From: Candidatus Omnitrophota bacterium
GTDB taxonomy: Bacteria > Omnitrophota > Gorgyraeia > Gygaellales > Profunditerraquicolaceae
NCBI GenBank assembly: GCA_043800555.1
Contig: JAZDMX010000017.1
Coordinates: 4,068 to 68,067 of the forward strand
Direction of reading: 5' to 3'
DNA: 64,000 nt
The position numbers and the translations under genes were made by a program. Below the pieces are notes generated by a model. The model searched no databases. It was not told the origin of the DNA and saw only the letters and a program-made list of their open reading frames with translations. Shown here one piece after another: positions 22,663-33,705 of the stretch (positions within the stretch are counted from its first letter, which is position 1; each line of letters opens with the position of its first letter).

Positions 22663-25362
22663 TTAACCTAAAATAACGCTTACGATATTGGAAGAAGCCC
22701 TTTGGAGAAGCCTACGGTTGATCAGAATACGTTTTGAGCCTTTTTCTAATGTCAACTGCTTGGAATTCAAAAAGGCCCTTAAAATCTTATACCTGCCATA
22801 ATCAAGCTTATCGGGGTTGGAAATATTAATTTGAAGCCGGGAGCCGGCAAATGGCCTGCTTAAGCTAACCGTAGATACGCTTGCGAATTGTCCGGCGGTT
22901 AATTTTGGCTCAATTACCAAATTCCCGTCTTCTCCGCGCGCTCCAAAGGCCTGCGTCAAAAGAGTCAAAATAAACCAACTGGCTGAACCGGTCAGGTAAG
23001 AATACATCCCCCTTCCTTCGGCATCAAAATATTCCGGGAGGCAAGGATATATCCTGCTGTTTTTTGAATCGCCGGCTAACATATATAATGAACGCAGCGC
23101 CTTCCATCCTTCTTTCGCAAAACCCCGGTTATATAAGCCATAAGCATACATTACAACCATATGGGCGAAAATCGCCCCGTTCTCTTTGTCGCCGTAAGAA
23201 AAAGAAAATGCCCGGCCAAGATACCGCTCTTCTTCTGCCGCCCCTTGCCTGATCCCCCCTGGCGCTTTAGACGATAAAGGAGAAAAATCAGTGTTCAAAT
23301 GATAACTTTTCAGCCGCCTGTCCCAAAGGTGCCTGTTTACGCTCTTGATTACCTGATTAACCTGCTTTTGGCCGGGGATCCCGGACATAACCGGAAATAC
23401 TTGGGAAGCTAAACACATCCTTATCCGGCCGTTTACCCTTCCTTCAACCCGCCTCTTTTTATTATCATAATAGCCGTTAAAAAATCCCTCCTTAAGCCAT
23501 TCCTTTTCTCTTATGTGCCGGGCCATCCATAAAGATTTTATTTTTAAGCTCCGCGCAAGCGCCTCCGTACCCACCGGCTTCTTCTTTCCCGAAATAGCGC
23601 CCTGGACCTTGGCAAAATAGCTCTCCAGGATTTTGCGTTTTCGGGCCTTATCTTTATAATCAAAGGATTTAAGCAAAATCAGTATTTCTTCGGCAAGCTC
23701 GACTTTCTTCTTACCCGTTTTTAACAATACCTCCGCCAGTAAATTCAGGTTCCGGGCGTACACCGCGCTAAAAGTTACGCTCTCGCCATATTCGCCGGCC
23801 ATGTCCAGGCCATCGTTCCAATCCGCTCCTTCCAGGCGGATATGGTTATGCGGGCCGACATTAAAAAACTGGGCCAGGTTTTGAATAAGCAGGTGCTCGA
23901 ATATAGAGCCGGTATAAATTTTACCCGTAACAGACCTTAATTTATTGCCGCCTTTATCATCCGGGGACCCGGAGAACTTCGATGAACGCCAGCTATGCCG
24001 GTCGCAAAAGTAAGGCGCCTCTGCGAATAAAATATCCAAATCCCCTGTCTCGTTAATGTAAAGGTCCGTGGTAATAAGCGGCCAAACGCCGTGGTCCATC
24101 CAGACGCGGGCGATATTGTTACGGTCGGCTATAAATTCACCCGGCTTCTTCCCGACGATAGTAGCGTTAGAGCCGTCTATCCTTACTCCGGAGAGATTAT
24201 TCAACAAAAGCCGGCGCGCTTGCCCGGGGTCATTCAAGACCAATCCCAGGCAATCCTGCCAAAGGTCGCGCCAACCGCGGCCGCCTTTACCGTAATCAAA
24301 ATCCGGCAGGAAGGAACAACCAAAGGTTCTGCGCAGAAACGGCTGGATGTTCACCCAATTAAGCCAATTGTCAAAAGCGGGTTCGGCGCTGGAAATATTA
24401 ATCGCGCGCGCCTTTTGAATCCAGAAGGCTTTTGTCTGCCGGAACGCTTTCTCGACTTTCGGCGCGGTATTAAATTTGTTCAAAAGCCGGGTTATTTCAT
24501 TAAGGCTTTGGGCAATCCCCATAACAATAATATATACCCGGCTCTGGCCTGGTTTAAGCGCGATATTCCCAAAACGCAAAGCCCCCATCGGCTCTTTGCC
24601 CTGGACCGGCCTTTTATCGGGAAGCAGATTGTTCAGGATCGCCGCCGGCGCCTCTAAATCCCCCGCCTCCCCGCAGAACATTTCCTGCGTCGGATAAATA
24701 TGCCGCGGCGGCCTTGCTTCGGCGTCAACTCCCAAAACGAAATAATAATCCTTATTCGGTTTATGCCCGGTTTCATCGAATAAAAGCGTGGGCTTGGAAA
24801 TAACTCCGTATTTATTTAAAATTACGCGCTGGAGGAGGCTGGTAACATGGCGGTGGTCGCGGATATTATCGGCGCTTCTTGCATACAGGGGAATTGCCGC
24901 GGTAGGGACAAATGCTATTTTCCTGCGGCTAGTATTTGTCAACTTTACCCGCATGATCTCAACGGGTTCTCCGGAAGCGGGGACAAAAGAAGTTGCCTCG
25001 GATTTTAAGCCGATTGATTTATTCTCCCGGCTTACGCGCTGCCAAAGCAAACCGGCTTCAAAATCGAAATGATCGTTTTTAACCTGCCGGAAGTTTTTCG
25101 ATACGCCGCAAGCCGACCAAATTTTATCCTGGTTGATATAAACCCAGAAATTCCTTGAGGAGCGGGAGTTGACCAGGCTGGCCCTTGAGGCGGGCTCAAG
25201 CAGGAATGAGTTTTGGCTGCCTTTAATGTCTCCCCGGAGCTCGGGAGTCAAAGAAGACATTAAGGATTCGTTACAGAGCGGAAAATAAAGGCTTTTAATT
25301 TTATCCGCCGCGGGAGCCGTAAAGCTGCCCAGGCCATCGGTAAACTCCCAGAGCTTTTCCAT
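22663..25362 (-). CDS. Large (alpha/alpha)6-barrel glycoside hydrolase/phosphorylase. Likely a GH94 cellobiose/chitobiose phosphorylase-like enzyme.
   Basis: The 899-aa protein carries an EGADWNDGLDMAG motif resembling the GH94 catalytic DWND region. The family assignment was not verified. Confidence 0.5.
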   Translation of the reverse strand: MEKLWEFTDGLGSFTAPAADKIKSLYFPLCNESLMSSLTPELRGDIKGSQNSFLLEPASRASLVNSRSSRNFWVYINQDKIWSACGVSKNFRQVKNDHFDFEAGLLWQRVSRENKSIGLKSEATSFVPASGEPVEIMRVKLTNTSRRKIAFVPTAAIPLYARSADNIRDHRHVTSLLQRVILNKYGVISKPTLLFDETGHKPNKDYYFVLGVDAEARPPRHIYPTQEMFCGEAGDLEAPAAILNNLLPDKRPVQGKEPMGALRFGNIALKPGQSRVYIIVMGIAQSLNEITRLLNKFNTAPKVEKAFRQTKAFWIQKARAINISSAEPAFDNWLNWVNIQPFLRRTFGCSFLPDFDYGKGGRGWRDLWQDCLGLVLNDPGQARRLLLNNLSGVRIDGSNATIVGKKPGEFIADRNNIARVWMDHGVWPLITTDLYINETGDLDILFAEAPYFCDRHSWRSSKFSGSPDDKGGNKLRSVTGKIYTGSIFEHLLIQNLAQFFNVGPHNHIRLEGADWNDGLDMAGEYGESVTFSAVYARNLNLLAEVLLKTGKKKVELAEEILILLKSFDYKDKARKRKILESYFAKVQGAISGKKKPVGTEALARSLKIKSLWMARHIREKEWLKEGFFNGYYDNKKRRVEGRVNGRIRMCLASQVFPVMSGIPGQKQVNQVIKSVNRHLWDRRLKSYHLNTDFSPLSSKAPGGIRQGAAEEERYLGRAFSFSYGDKENGAIFAHMVVMYAYGLYNRGFAKEGWKALRSLYMLAGDSKNSRIYPCLPEYFDAEGRGMYSYLTGSASWFILTLLTQAFGARGEDGNLVIEPKLTAGQFASVSTVSLSRPFAGSRLQINISNPDKLDYGRYKILRAFLNSKQLTLEKGSKRILINRRLLQRASSNIVSVILG

Positions 25363-25369
25363 AAATCCG

Positions 25370-25786
25370 TCACTCGCCTATTATCTTTATCAAAACCCGC
25401 TTCTTGCGCCGGCCGTCGAATTCTCCGTAAAATACCTGCTCCCACGGCCCAAAGTCGAGCTTGCCGCAGGTAATGGCCGCGACAACCTCCCTGCCCATAA
25501 CAGTCCTTTTAAGATGGGCGTCCCCGTTATCCTCGCCGGAGAGGTTATGTTTATACTTTTCTTTCCCGTAAGGAGCGAGCTTTTCCAGCCAGCCGCTGAA
25601 ATCATCATGCAGCCCCGGCTCATCATCGTTAACAAAAACCGAGCTGGTTATATGCATCGCGTTAACCAGGCAAAGCCCTTCCTTGACTTTGCTTTTCTCA
25701 ACGGCTTCCCGGATCTGGGAAGTTATATTTATAAACTCCTGGCGTTTTTTTGTGTTAAACCATAAATATTGAGTGGAGGTTTTCAT
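25370..25786 (-). CDS. yjbQ: YjbQ/UPF0047 family protein.
   Basis: Full-length similarity to YjbQ, for example [18 protein letters not shown]. Confidence 0.7.
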   Translation of the reverse strand: MKTSTQYLWFNTKKRQEFINITSQIREAVEKSKVKEGLCLVNAMHITSSVFVNDDEPGLHDDFSGWLEKLAPYGKEKYKHNLSGEDNGDAHLKRTVMGREVVAAITCGKLDFGPWEQVFYGEFDGRRKKRVLIKIIGE

Positions 25787-25862
25787 TTATTTTATTATAC
25801 CTTAAATAAAACCCCAAAACAATAAAAAAACCCGCCGGGTTCCTCAAGCGGGCTTTATATAG

Positions 25863-25936
25863 TTGCGGGGGCCCGATTTGAACGGACGACCTCAAGGTTA
25901 TGAGCCTTGCGAGCTACCAGGCTGCTCCACCCCGCG
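25863..25936 (-). tRNA. Initiator tRNA-fMet (anticodon CAT).
   Basis: The reverse complement reads CGCGGGGTGGAGCAGCCTGGTAGCTCGCAAGGCTCATAACCTTGAGGTCGTCCGTTCAAATCGGGCCCCCGCAA. It has a C1:A72 mismatch and three G-C pairs in the anticodon stem. The CCA end is not encoded. Confidence 0.8.
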
Positions 25937-26036
25937 ATCTATTGCTTGACGAGGGCCCCGGGCTTACCGCCGGGCCCTGCCAAACGGAACTTTTTAAGGG
26001 ACAAAATATTATAACACCAAACCACTCTGTCAAAAG

Positions 26037-26321
26037 CTATTTCTTTTGCTTCTGCGGGATAATCTTAATGGGGATCTCTCCCTTCCTAACCACCCCCATC
26101 TTCTCCCGCGCCATCCTCTCCTGGTAAACAGGGTCATTGGCTATTTTCTTTATCTCCTGTTCCAGGAGCGCGTTTTCCATGCTTAGGCGCTTGATCTTAT
26201 CTTCTAAATCCTGGTTTTTCCCCCGCAGGTTTTGCAGCTTGTTGAATCCCGGGAGAAACAAAACCAGGAAAATAACCGCAAATACAAAATACCAGCATGC
26301 CTTCTTTAACGTAGCTAACAT
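26037..26321 (-). CDS. ftsB: Septum formation initiator of the FtsB/DivIC family.
   Basis: N-terminal TM segment, then a leucine-zipper coiled coil LQNLRGKNQDLEDKIKRLSMENALLEQEIKK. Confidence 0.6.
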   Translation of the reverse strand: MLATLKKACWYFVFAVIFLVLFLPGFNKLQNLRGKNQDLEDKIKRLSMENALLEQEIKKIANDPVYQERMAREKMGVVRKGEIPIKIIPQKQKK

Positions 26322-27614
26322 TTATTTGTTCCAAAGAGTCCCCGCGTAAACTGCTTTAGAGCCCAGCTCTTCTTCAATCCTTAAGAGCTCGTTGTATTTA
26401 CAAACCCTGTCGGTGCGGGAAAGCGAACCGGTTTTAATCTGGCCGCAAGAGCAGGCTACGGCTAAATGCGCGATTGTAGTGTCTTCGGTCTCGCCGCTTC
26501 GATGCGATATGATCGCTTTGTATTTATTGCGCCTGGCGATATTTACCGCCTCAATTGTCTCAGAGAGCGAACCAATCTGGTTTACTTTAATCAGTATAGC
26601 ATTGCCTATCTTTTCCGCAATACCTTTCTTGAATATCTTGGGGTTAGTAACGAATATATCGTCTCCCACCAACTGCAGCTTGGGCCCTAACTGCCTGGTC
26701 ATCTCCTGCCACCCGCTCCAATCGTGCTCGCTTAAGCCGTCCTCAATGGAAAGAATGGGATATTTATTTAGCCACGATTCGTAAATCCGGATTAAATCCC
26801 CGGAGGTTTTCTGGGAATTCTCAAAAGTATACCTGCCTTCCGGGCAGCCTTGCCCGCCTTTCCAGAATGAACTGGAAGCGCAATCCAGGGCCAAGCTGAT
26901 ATCTTTTCCGGGCTTATACCCTGATTTTTCGATCGCCTGAATAATTAAATCAAGGGCCTCCTGGTTACTGGTTAAATTCGGGGCAAACCCTCCTTCGTCC
27001 CCAACCGAAGTAGAAAGTTTCTTTGACTTAAGCAGCGCTTTTAAATTATGGAAAACTTCGCTTGCCATACGCAAGGCTTCGCTAAAACGCAACGCGCCTA
27101 TCGGCATAATCATAAACTCCTGTATATCCAGGTTATTATCCGCGTGTAACCCGCCGTTTAGGATATTCATCAAGGGGACCGGCAAAACTTTTGCTTTTTC
27201 TCCGCCCAAGAACCTGTATAAAGGCTCTTTTTTGCTTAGAGCCGCCGCCTTAGCTACCGCCATAGAAACGCCAAGGATGGCGTTAGCGCCAAGATTGGCC
27301 TTATTTTCAGTGCCATCTAATTTAATCAGCAGGGCGTCGGTTTTCTTAAAATCAGGCGCTAAACCCTTTATCTTCGAAGCAATTATGGTATTTACGTTAT
27401 TAACGGCCTTAAGCACTCCTTTGCCCATATACCTGTTTTTGTCGCCATCCCTTAATTCCAAGGCCTCTTTTTCTCCCGTGGAAGCTCCGGAAGGGACTGC
27501 AGCCCTGCCTAAAATACCGTTATCCAGGATTACGTCGACTTCGACTGTAGGGTTCCCGCGGGAATCCAGGATTTCGCGGGCCAAAACTTTCTTGATCTTT
27601 GCCATTTCGGTCAC
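26322..27614 (-). CDS. eno: Enolase (phosphopyruvate hydratase).
   Basis: [25 protein letters not shown] plus full-length enolase features. Confidence 0.95.
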   Translation of the reverse strand: MTEMAKIKKVLAREILDSRGNPTVEVDVILDNGILGRAAVPSGASTGEKEALELRDGDKNRYMGKGVLKAVNNVNTIIASKIKGLAPDFKKTDALLIKLDGTENKANLGANAILGVSMAVAKAAALSKKEPLYRFLGGEKAKVLPVPLMNILNGGLHADNNLDIQEFMIMPIGALRFSEALRMASEVFHNLKALLKSKKLSTSVGDEGGFAPNLTSNQEALDLIIQAIEKSGYKPGKDISLALDCASSSFWKGGQGCPEGRYTFENSQKTSGDLIRIYESWLNKYPILSIEDGLSEHDWSGWQEMTRQLGPKLQLVGDDIFVTNPKIFKKGIAEKIGNAILIKVNQIGSLSETIEAVNIARRNKYKAIISHRSGETEDTTIAHLAVACSCGQIKTGSLSRTDRVCKYNELLRIEEELGSKAVYAGTLWNK

Positions 27615-27736
27615 CTCTTATTATTTATCGCAACGGGGTTTTGCCCTCCGCTACGCTTGCTTGATCAGCCTTAACGCTAGAGTTTTTATTATACACAGCA
27701 AACTAATCCCGTCAAGTGGAAAAAAGGGCAAAGAGG

Positions 27737-27802
27737 AAAAGGGGGACGTTTCTACTTTTCTGGCAATCCGGCTCAAGAAAAGTAGAAACGTCCCCCTTTT
27801 CC
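27737..27802. repeat. REP-like palindromic element, copy 13, in the divergent eno/ftsH intergenic region.
   Basis: GGGGGACGTTTCTACTTTTC tggcaatccggctcaa GAAAAGTAGAAACGTCCCCC. Confidence 0.9.
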
Positions 27803-27878
27803 TCCTATTTTCCCTTTGACAGACAGGGAAAGTTGTGATACCTTATTGAAGCAATCTTTAAGAAAGGGACGGTAAAAA

Positions 27879-29576
27879 ATGAACAAACGCAAGATAAAGT
27901 TATTCTTCCGGATGCATTGGATCGCCATAAGCGTAAGCGTGCTATGCGCTATAATCGCCATATCCTTTGTCTTCTTCCTGCGCAGCGCTATCGAAGCCTG
28001 GGTCACCTCCGAATCCTATTTCAAAAAAACAGCCCTTGCGCAATACGGGTTATTCTTCTATATATTCCTTGTCTTAAACCTTATAAGCTTGCCATTAAGC
28101 GGGGCGCTCTGGCTCTGGTTAATGCAAGGCGGCCATATGAAATTCAGCCAAATCGGCAAGAAAGCAGTCGAAGGCAAGGATATCCGTATCCGCTGGAATG
28201 ACGTTATCGGGATGGATGAGGCTAAGGAAGAGGCTATGGAGGTTGTCCGGCTAATGACTGACCGCGCGCAATTGCAGCGTATCGGCGGGAAAATCTTAAA
28301 AGGCATCCTGATGATGGGGCCTCCCGGATGCGGAAAAACTTACCTTGCCAAAGCTATTGCTACCGAAGCGAATATGCCTTTCATCGCCATGTCCGGCTCG
28401 GAATTTATCGAGATGTTTGTCGGCGTGGGCGCCAGCCGGATACGCAAGCTTTTTAAACAAGCCCAACAACTGGCCTATGTCGAAGGCGGATGCATAATTT
28501 TTATCGATGAACTTGACGCGGTCGGGGCGCAGCGCGCGGTTGACCGCGGGTTTGGAGGGCAAACCGAATCTAACACCACCTTAAACCAGCTTCTTATCGA
28601 GATGGACGGCCTGAAAGATAAGGAGCATAACGTCGTGATTATCGGGGCGACTAACGCCCCGGAAACTTTTCTCGATCAGGCCCTGCTTAGGCCCGGGAGA
28701 TTCGACCGTAAGATTTATGTCGAGTTGCCCAACCTGGAAGAACGCCAGAAGCTATTTGAATACTATTTGAAAAGCGTCAAATACGATTCGTCGCTGGATA
28801 CAATACGGCTTGCCAGATTAACCGTCTCCAACAGCCCGGCGGATATTTCAAACCTGGTCAGGGAAGCGGCCCTTATCGCGGTGCGCAACCGGAAAGAACT
28901 GATTTCGATGAAAGAAATTTCCGAAGCCTATGACCGGGTGGAAATGGGCGTAAAGCATAAAGTTGTTTCTACCCCGGAAGAAAGAAAGAAAATTGCTTAT
29001 CATGAAGCCGGCCATGCCATCGCAATGTATTTCCTGGCCCCGCATTCCGACGTTTTTAAAGCCACGATACTGGCCCGCGGAGGCGCTTTAGGCTTTGTGA
29101 TGCCTCAACCGCGCGAAGAGATACACGTGCGCACAAAAGAACAATACCTGGGAGACATAAAAGTAAACCTCGGTTCCTATGCTGCCGAGAAACTAAAGCT
29201 CCGCACCACTACTTCCGGAGTAAGCCAGGACTTTAACAACGCGACCTGGTATGCGCATAATATGGTCTGGAAATGGGGCATGGGCTCTTCCGGATTAATC
29301 GGCAATTACAGCCTGATCGAAAACATGCGTGAAGACTATGGCTCCTTTAGGGGAGAAAAATCCTCGCTTCTCTCGGAAAAGATTAAAGAACAATTGAATA
29401 ACGATGTGCAAAACATCCTGAATGAATGCTTAAGAGAGGTTGAAGGCCTGCTTAAACGCGAAGAAGGGCTTTTGGACCGTTTTGCGCAAGAACTCCTCAA
29501 TAAAGACGAGCTTAATTATGACGAAATCGAAACCATCTTTAAAGATTTTGGTAAAGAGCGCCCTTTTATTGGTTAG
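27879..29576 (+). CDS. ftsH: FtsH-family ATP-dependent zinc metalloprotease (AAA+ domain plus M41 peptidase domain).
   Basis: Two N-terminal TM segments. Walker A GPPGCGKT, a second region of homology, and the zinc site HEAGHAI. Confidence 0.8.
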   Translation: MNKRKIKLFFRMHWIAISVSVLCAIIAISFVFFLRSAIEAWVTSESYFKKTALAQYGLFFYIFLVLNLISLPLSGALWLWLMQGGHMKFSQIGKKAVEGKDIRIRWNDVIGMDEAKEEAMEVVRLMTDRAQLQRIGGKILKGILMMGPPGCGKTYLAKAIATEANMPFIAMSGSEFIEMFVGVGASRIRKLFKQAQQLAYVEGGCIIFIDELDAVGAQRAVDRGFGGQTESNTTLNQLLIEMDGLKDKEHNVVIIGATNAPETFLDQALLRPGRFDRKIYVELPNLEERQKLFEYYLKSVKYDSSLDTIRLARLTVSNSPADISNLVREAALIAVRNRKELISMKEISEAYDRVEMGVKHKVVSTPEERKKIAYHEAGHAIAMYFLAPHSDVFKATILARGGALGFVMPQPREEIHVRTKEQYLGDIKVNLGSYAAEKLKLRTTTSGVSQDFNNATWYAHNMVWKWGMGSSGLIGNYSLIENMREDYGSFRGEKSSLLSEKIKEQLNNDVQNILNECLREVEGLLKREEGLLDRFAQELLNKDELNYDEIETIFKDFGKERPFIG

Positions 29577-30384
29577 CGCAATACCCATTCTTTTATCCGG
29601 ATGTTCAAGCCGCATAGAGCCAACCTATAAAGAAAAAGACATTCCACGCCTGATCAGAAAAATATGCAAAGAGGAATATAAATTGGATGTTAGCGCCCAG
29701 CGCGCCGGTAACACCATCTGGATTTACACGCCGTTAGACAAAATATTAAGCAAAGACTACGGGATAAAAGAAGACAAGGTTTTTGACGAAGAGATACTGG
29801 ATAAGCTAAGGAACATTATTTCCACTATCGGCAGGGTATTGATAAGCTCGGATAACACCCCGGAATTCTTCGTATTCACCGCTTCGGATATAAAGCTCGG
29901 TATCGACTACACCATGATCGGAAGCGTGCTGGATATAAAGAAATCCTACGCGGATTTTATCCCCTGGACAGAAGCTAACCGCAGGTATGTAAACAGGTTC
30001 CGGGTATCTCCCGAAGCTATCGGGGATATTCCCGGGCTTCACTTGACTCCCCACGATATTTCTATGGGCGATTTCCTGGCCGAACAGATTGCCCAAAGGA
30101 TCGGCGGAAGGTTTCAAGACGATGAATTAAAGAAATACTTTAAGGTTGAGAAGTCTGAAGGCAACTTAAACGACGGGGTATTCTCTTTTGAGTATTCAAT
30201 AACCCAGACTGCCAAGCCCAAAAGAAAGATTGACATAAATAATGAAACGCTTAAGATTATTGCCTATTGCCTGAAGACTTACGATTTTAACGATTTTATA
30301 GGAATTTCCCTTACGGATTTAAACACGCAGAATAAAACTATTTTCAACAAAACGGCGATTCTTTCCCGCTCTAACAGCCTGTAA
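29518..30384 (+). CDS. Lipoprotein of unknown function.
   Basis: [29 protein letters not shown] carries a lipobox (LSGC). Its start overlaps the 3' end of ftsH by about 59 nt in another frame. Confidence 0.45.
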   Translation: MTKSKPSLKILVKSALLLVSAIPILLSGCSSRIEPTYKEKDIPRLIRKICKEEYKLDVSAQRAGNTIWIYTPLDKILSKDYGIKEDKVFDEEILDKLRNIISTIGRVLISSDNTPEFFVFTASDIKLGIDYTMIGSVLDIKKSYADFIPWTEANRRYVNRFRVSPEAIGDIPGLHLTPHDISMGDFLAEQIAQRIGGRFQDDELKKYFKVEKSEGNLNDGVFSFEYSITQTAKPKRKIDINNETLKIIAYCLKTYDFNDFIGISLTDLNTQNKTIFNKTAILSRSNSL

Positions 30385-30979
30385 TTATTGCCTTTCTCCC
30401 CCTTAGCTTGACCTTGCCCAACGCAATCAGTTTAATCGCCGCAGGATACAGCAAATGCTCTATTTTGTGGATTTTTGCTTCAAGGGAACTTAATGTGTCG
30501 GCCTCCCTGACCTCAATTCCTTTCTGTAAGATGATCGCCCCGTGGTCCATCTTTTCATCCACAAAATGCACGGTGACTCCGGTCACCTTAACCCCGTAAT
30601 CAAAAACATCCTTTATCGCCTGTGCCCCTTTAAAAGAAGGCAATAGCGACGGGTGAATGTTGATAATACGGTTTTTATAAACCCTCACAAAATAAGGGCT
30701 AAGCATGCGCATAAATCCCGCCATTACGATCAGATCTATACTGTCCTCCTTTAAAAAACGGATTATCTCTTTTTCGAAATCCCCCCTGCGGGCAAAATCC
30801 TCTCTTTGTACCAAAGCTATCTTTATTTTGTATTTCTTTGCCTTTCTTAAAACAGGGGCTTGCGGGTTATCGCAGACAAGCAGCGCCAGCTTAACTTTAA
30901 GCCTCCGGCTTTTTACCGCTTGCGCAATGGCGCTAAAATTCGAACCTCTCCCCGAAGCAAAAACAGCAATGTTTATCAT
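30371..30979 (-). CDS. purN: Phosphoribosylglycinamide formyltransferase PurN.
   Basis: MINIAVFASGRGSNF and HPSLLPSFKG. Start placed at the second in-frame Met. Confidence 0.85.
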   Translation of the reverse strand: MINIAVFASGRGSNFSAIAQAVKSRRLKVKLALLVCDNPQAPVLRKAKKYKIKIALVQREDFARRGDFEKEIIRFLKEDSIDLIVMAGFMRMLSPYFVRVYKNRIINIHPSLLPSFKGAQAIKDVFDYGVKVTGVTVHFVDEKMDHGAIILQKGIEVREADTLSSLEAKIHKIEHLLYPAAIKLIALGKVKLRGRKAIITGC

Positions 30980-31092
30980 CTTTCTCTTTCTTGGGCGCAA
31001 TTTTCAAGCCAGCCCCAAAGCGCCCTGCATAGGGAAGCTTTTGCCTGCCTAGCGGCAATCAGGAAAGAGCCGGCCTTAAGAAGAAACCGCCC

Positions 31093-31545
31093 CTATTCTT
31101 TAAGCAGGGCCTTGATTTCTTCGGCCTTCTTCTTGACCGCATCTATAACTGCCTGCGAAGAAACACTGGCTCCGGTAATTGCCTGCACCGTAGACACGTC
31201 TTTAATATTCCTGAACCGATCGGTGAATTCCGGGGCGGTTACGCGGGAACCAATCCCGGGAGTTTCGTTTTGAGATAAAACTTTAATCGCAGAAATAGCC
31301 CCGTCATTCGACATTCCTACAAGCGTATTAATATCGGAGTAGCTTTTTCCGGTAGCCAGGAAACAGGCTCCTATCAATTTGCCCTCTTTATCTTTAGCCT
31401 TGTAATAAACAACCTCTCCCCCTTTTTCTACCGGGATAAAACTGGCTGCGCCAGGCAAAACTTCTTTTAGGGGAAGATCTTCTGCTTGCGCTCCGGTAGA
31501 AAATAACCCTATCGCTAAAATAAAAACCAACGCTAATCTAACCAT
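31093..31545 (-). CDS. Secreted FMN-binding domain protein (NqrC/RnfG-like FMN_bind).
   Basis: Signal peptide, and an FMN-attachment-like motif GIGSRVTAPEF...TGASVSSQAV. Confidence 0.55.
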   Translation of the reverse strand: MVRLALVFILAIGLFSTGAQAEDLPLKEVLPGAASFIPVEKGGEVVYYKAKDKEGKLIGACFLATGKSYSDINTLVGMSNDGAISAIKVLSQNETPGIGSRVTAPEFTDRFRNIKDVSTVQAITGASVSSQAVIDAVKKKAEEIKALLKE

Positions 31546-31588
31546 GCAATCCGCCGGTTAGTTACAAGGTTAACCGCTCCCAATAAGC

Positions 31589-32800
31589 TTACGATACAGC
31601 CGACAGTGACCAGAATCGACAAATGCGAAATACGCTCGGCCAGAAAACTACTGATAAACATGAACAAGAGAAACCCAGATGCATAACTATTTCCAGCGAG
31701 CTAAAAACCTTCCCCATCATAGCGTTATCGCTTACCTTATGTATTATAGTGTTTGAAGCGATCATAACCGGAGAAATAACCATACCCAGGACAAACGCCA
31801 AAGCCTCGGCAACGATCAAAAACGGATAGTAATGTATGGTAACAGCAAAGATAATAAGCATCGCGCCGCTCAAGACAAGAGCACTAAAAATCATTTTGTA
31901 GTGCGAAATTCTATGCCCGAAACGGCCATAGAAAAGAGAGCCGGCGAATAAACCCAGTCCTAAGAACATAATCAATAAACCTAAATCCTTGGTAGCTGAA
32001 TGCAGGGTGTTCTGCACAAATACGATTACGACAACGTAAACCGAGCCTAAAGCCGCCCACAAGATAAACATTATCCAGGCGGCAAACCGGATATCTTTTT
32101 TCCGGAAAAAATATAATACCCCCTCTTTAATCTCCTGAAAAACGCTTTTTCTGATTAATTCGACTATCCCCTGCCTTGCTTCTTTAAGGCGAAAAGAGGC
32201 GGACTTAAATTTATTCGCAATCAAAAATATCAGCGTCCCGGAAACAAAAAAACTAAAGGCATCCAGATAAAAACCGCTTTTTGCGCCCAGCCACTCTACC
32301 ACGATTCCGCTTACGCCAAAACCGGCTATGGCCGCGATCATCCCGGTGGTATTCACAAGTGAATTTGCCAATAACAGGTCTTTCTTCTCAACCAAATCCG
32401 GGACCAGGGAGAGTTTTGCCGGAACGAAAAACCTTCCCACGGAAAAAGCCAAAAATATAATTACGTATATCAACGCCAGGCTCTTTGCGTAAAACAAGAA
32501 GAAAGGTATGGTAAAAACCAGCGCCGCCCTAAAAAAATCGCAAGCGTACATAGTCCTGCGCCTATCCCACCTATCCACGTATACGCCGGCTATGGGGCCG
32601 ATCAAGAAAACCGGGATAATGGTAAAAGAGAGGATTTTTGCTATCCCCATTGTTGAGCCCTGGGCCCTTTGATACACAAAGTAGATTAAGGCCATCTGAT
32701 TAAGCCTGTCGCCAAGTTGGGAAATGATCTGCCCGAGCCAAAGCAGGAAAAAATTACGGTTTTCTAATACCTCGCGGAAATGGGACATATTATTTAACAA
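31589..32800 (-). CDS. MFS transporter.
   Basis: Twelve predicted TM segments and an MFS-like motif pattern. Confidence 0.75.
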   Translation of the reverse strand: MLNNMSHFREVLENRNFFLLWLGQIISQLGDRLNQMALIYFVYQRAQGSTMGIAKILSFTIIPVFLIGPIAGVYVDRWDRRRTMYACDFFRAALVFTIPFFLFYAKSLALIYVIIFLAFSVGRFFVPAKLSLVPDLVEKKDLLLANSLVNTTGMIAAIAGFGVSGIVVEWLGAKSGFYLDAFSFFVSGTLIFLIANKFKSASFRLKEARQGIVELIRKSVFQEIKEGVLYFFRKKDIRFAAWIMFILWAALGSVYVVVIVFVQNTLHSATKDLGLLIMFLGLGLFAGSLFYGRFGHRISHYKMIFSALVLSGAMLIIFAVTIHYYPFLIVAEALAFVLGMVISPVMIASNTIIHKVSDNAMMGKVFSSLEIVMHLGFSCSCLSVVFWPSVFRICRFWSLSAVS

Positions 32801-32803
32801 TAA

Positions 32804-32876
32804 AGCTGGCGAGAGGAATTGAACCTCCGGCCCGCGCTTTACGAAAGCGCTGCTCTGCCAACTGAGCTACGCCAGC
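32804..32876 (-). tRNA. tRNA-Thr (anticodon CGT).
   Basis: The reverse complement reads GCTGGCGTAGCTCAGTTGGCAGAGCAGCGCTTTCGTAAAGCGCGGGCCGGAGGTTCAATTCCTCTCGCCAGCT. Confidence 0.8.
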
Positions 32877-33010
32877 AAAAATTTACCTTATATTTATGGT
32901 CTTGCTCCCTGCCTGACGCCCGCCAGGAAAACCCGGCGCCAACCGGCTGCATCGACATATCGGGCATACCAAGTTCAGTAATTATACCAGCAATTTAGAT
33001 ATTAGTCCAA

Positions 33011-33083
33011 GAAAAAAAGGGGGACGTTTCTACTTTTCTCGGCTTTAGGCTCAAGAAAAGTAGAAACGTCCCCCTTTTTTTTG
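33011..33083. repeat. REP-like palindromic element, copy 14.
   Basis: GGGGGACGTTTCTACTTTTC tcggctttaggctcaa GAAAAGTAGAAACGTCCCCC. Confidence 0.9.
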
Positions 33084-33333
33084 CTCCAAGCGATGAAAAA
33101 ACATTTGACAAAACTAAGAAAAATGCTAAATTATTAGTATCATTAACGTTGCAAGGAGAAGTTAACATCTTTCAAGAAATAGGCAAAACCGTAAAGCAGG
33201 AATAAACAAAAATATGCTTTGCGGTTTTTTTATACACAAGGCCCCTGGCAGCAAACCGCTAAACGACAAACTGCCCGGGACCAATTTCCCGGTCGGATAA
33301 AATCGGGAAATTTGAGGAGGTGAAAAGAAACAG

Positions 33334-33534
33334 ATGGCAAAAGGCAAAGTGAAATGGTTCTCAAACCAAAAGGGATACGGGTTTATCACCACTGAAGACG
33401 GTAAAGACGTGTTCGTCCATTACAGCGCCCTTAAAAGCGACGGCTACAAGAGCCTCGAAGAAGGCCAAGAGGTAGATTTCGAAGTTACTCAAGGGCCAAA
33501 AGGCGATCAAGCAATTAACGTTACAAAGTTATAA
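33334..33534 (+). CDS. cspA: Cold-shock protein (CspA family).
   Basis: [40 protein letters not shown] Shine-Dalgarno sequence and a long 5' UTR. Confidence 0.9.
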   Translation: MAKGKVKWFSNQKGYGFITTEDGKDVFVHYSALKSDGYKSLEEGQEVDFEVTQGPKGDQAINVTKL

Positions 33535-33640
33535 AGGTTTGGAGGGATTAATACTAAAGCGGGCAGATTGGCCATTTGCATCTTGCAAGAATGGCTTTCT
33601 GGCTGCGGACGTATAAATAGAATAACACTGAAGTTTTTGC

Positions 33641-33685
33641 TCAAAACAAAAACCCCCGGGGCCTATCGGGGGTTTTTGTTTTGAG
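33641..33685. terminator. Bidirectional intrinsic terminator between cspA (+) and lipA (-).
   Basis: aaaacaaaaa CCCCCGGG gcctatc GGGGG tttttgtttt. Confidence 0.5.
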
Positions 33686-33705
33686 GGCGGATCTACCGCA
33701 CGCCG

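Noticed and set aside
2702-28006. Short ORFs in the six-frame track that consist mostly of the translated palindrome (2702..2905+, 3215..3529+, 4615..4854+, 5988..6287+, 7171..7461+, 13650..13841-, 15317..15562+, 17668..18027+, 21832..22077-, 27232..27819+, 27773..28006-).
   Set aside because: They are artefacts. Two of the three frames of the palindrome lack stops on both strands, which extends spurious ORFs antisense to, or overlapping, real genes.
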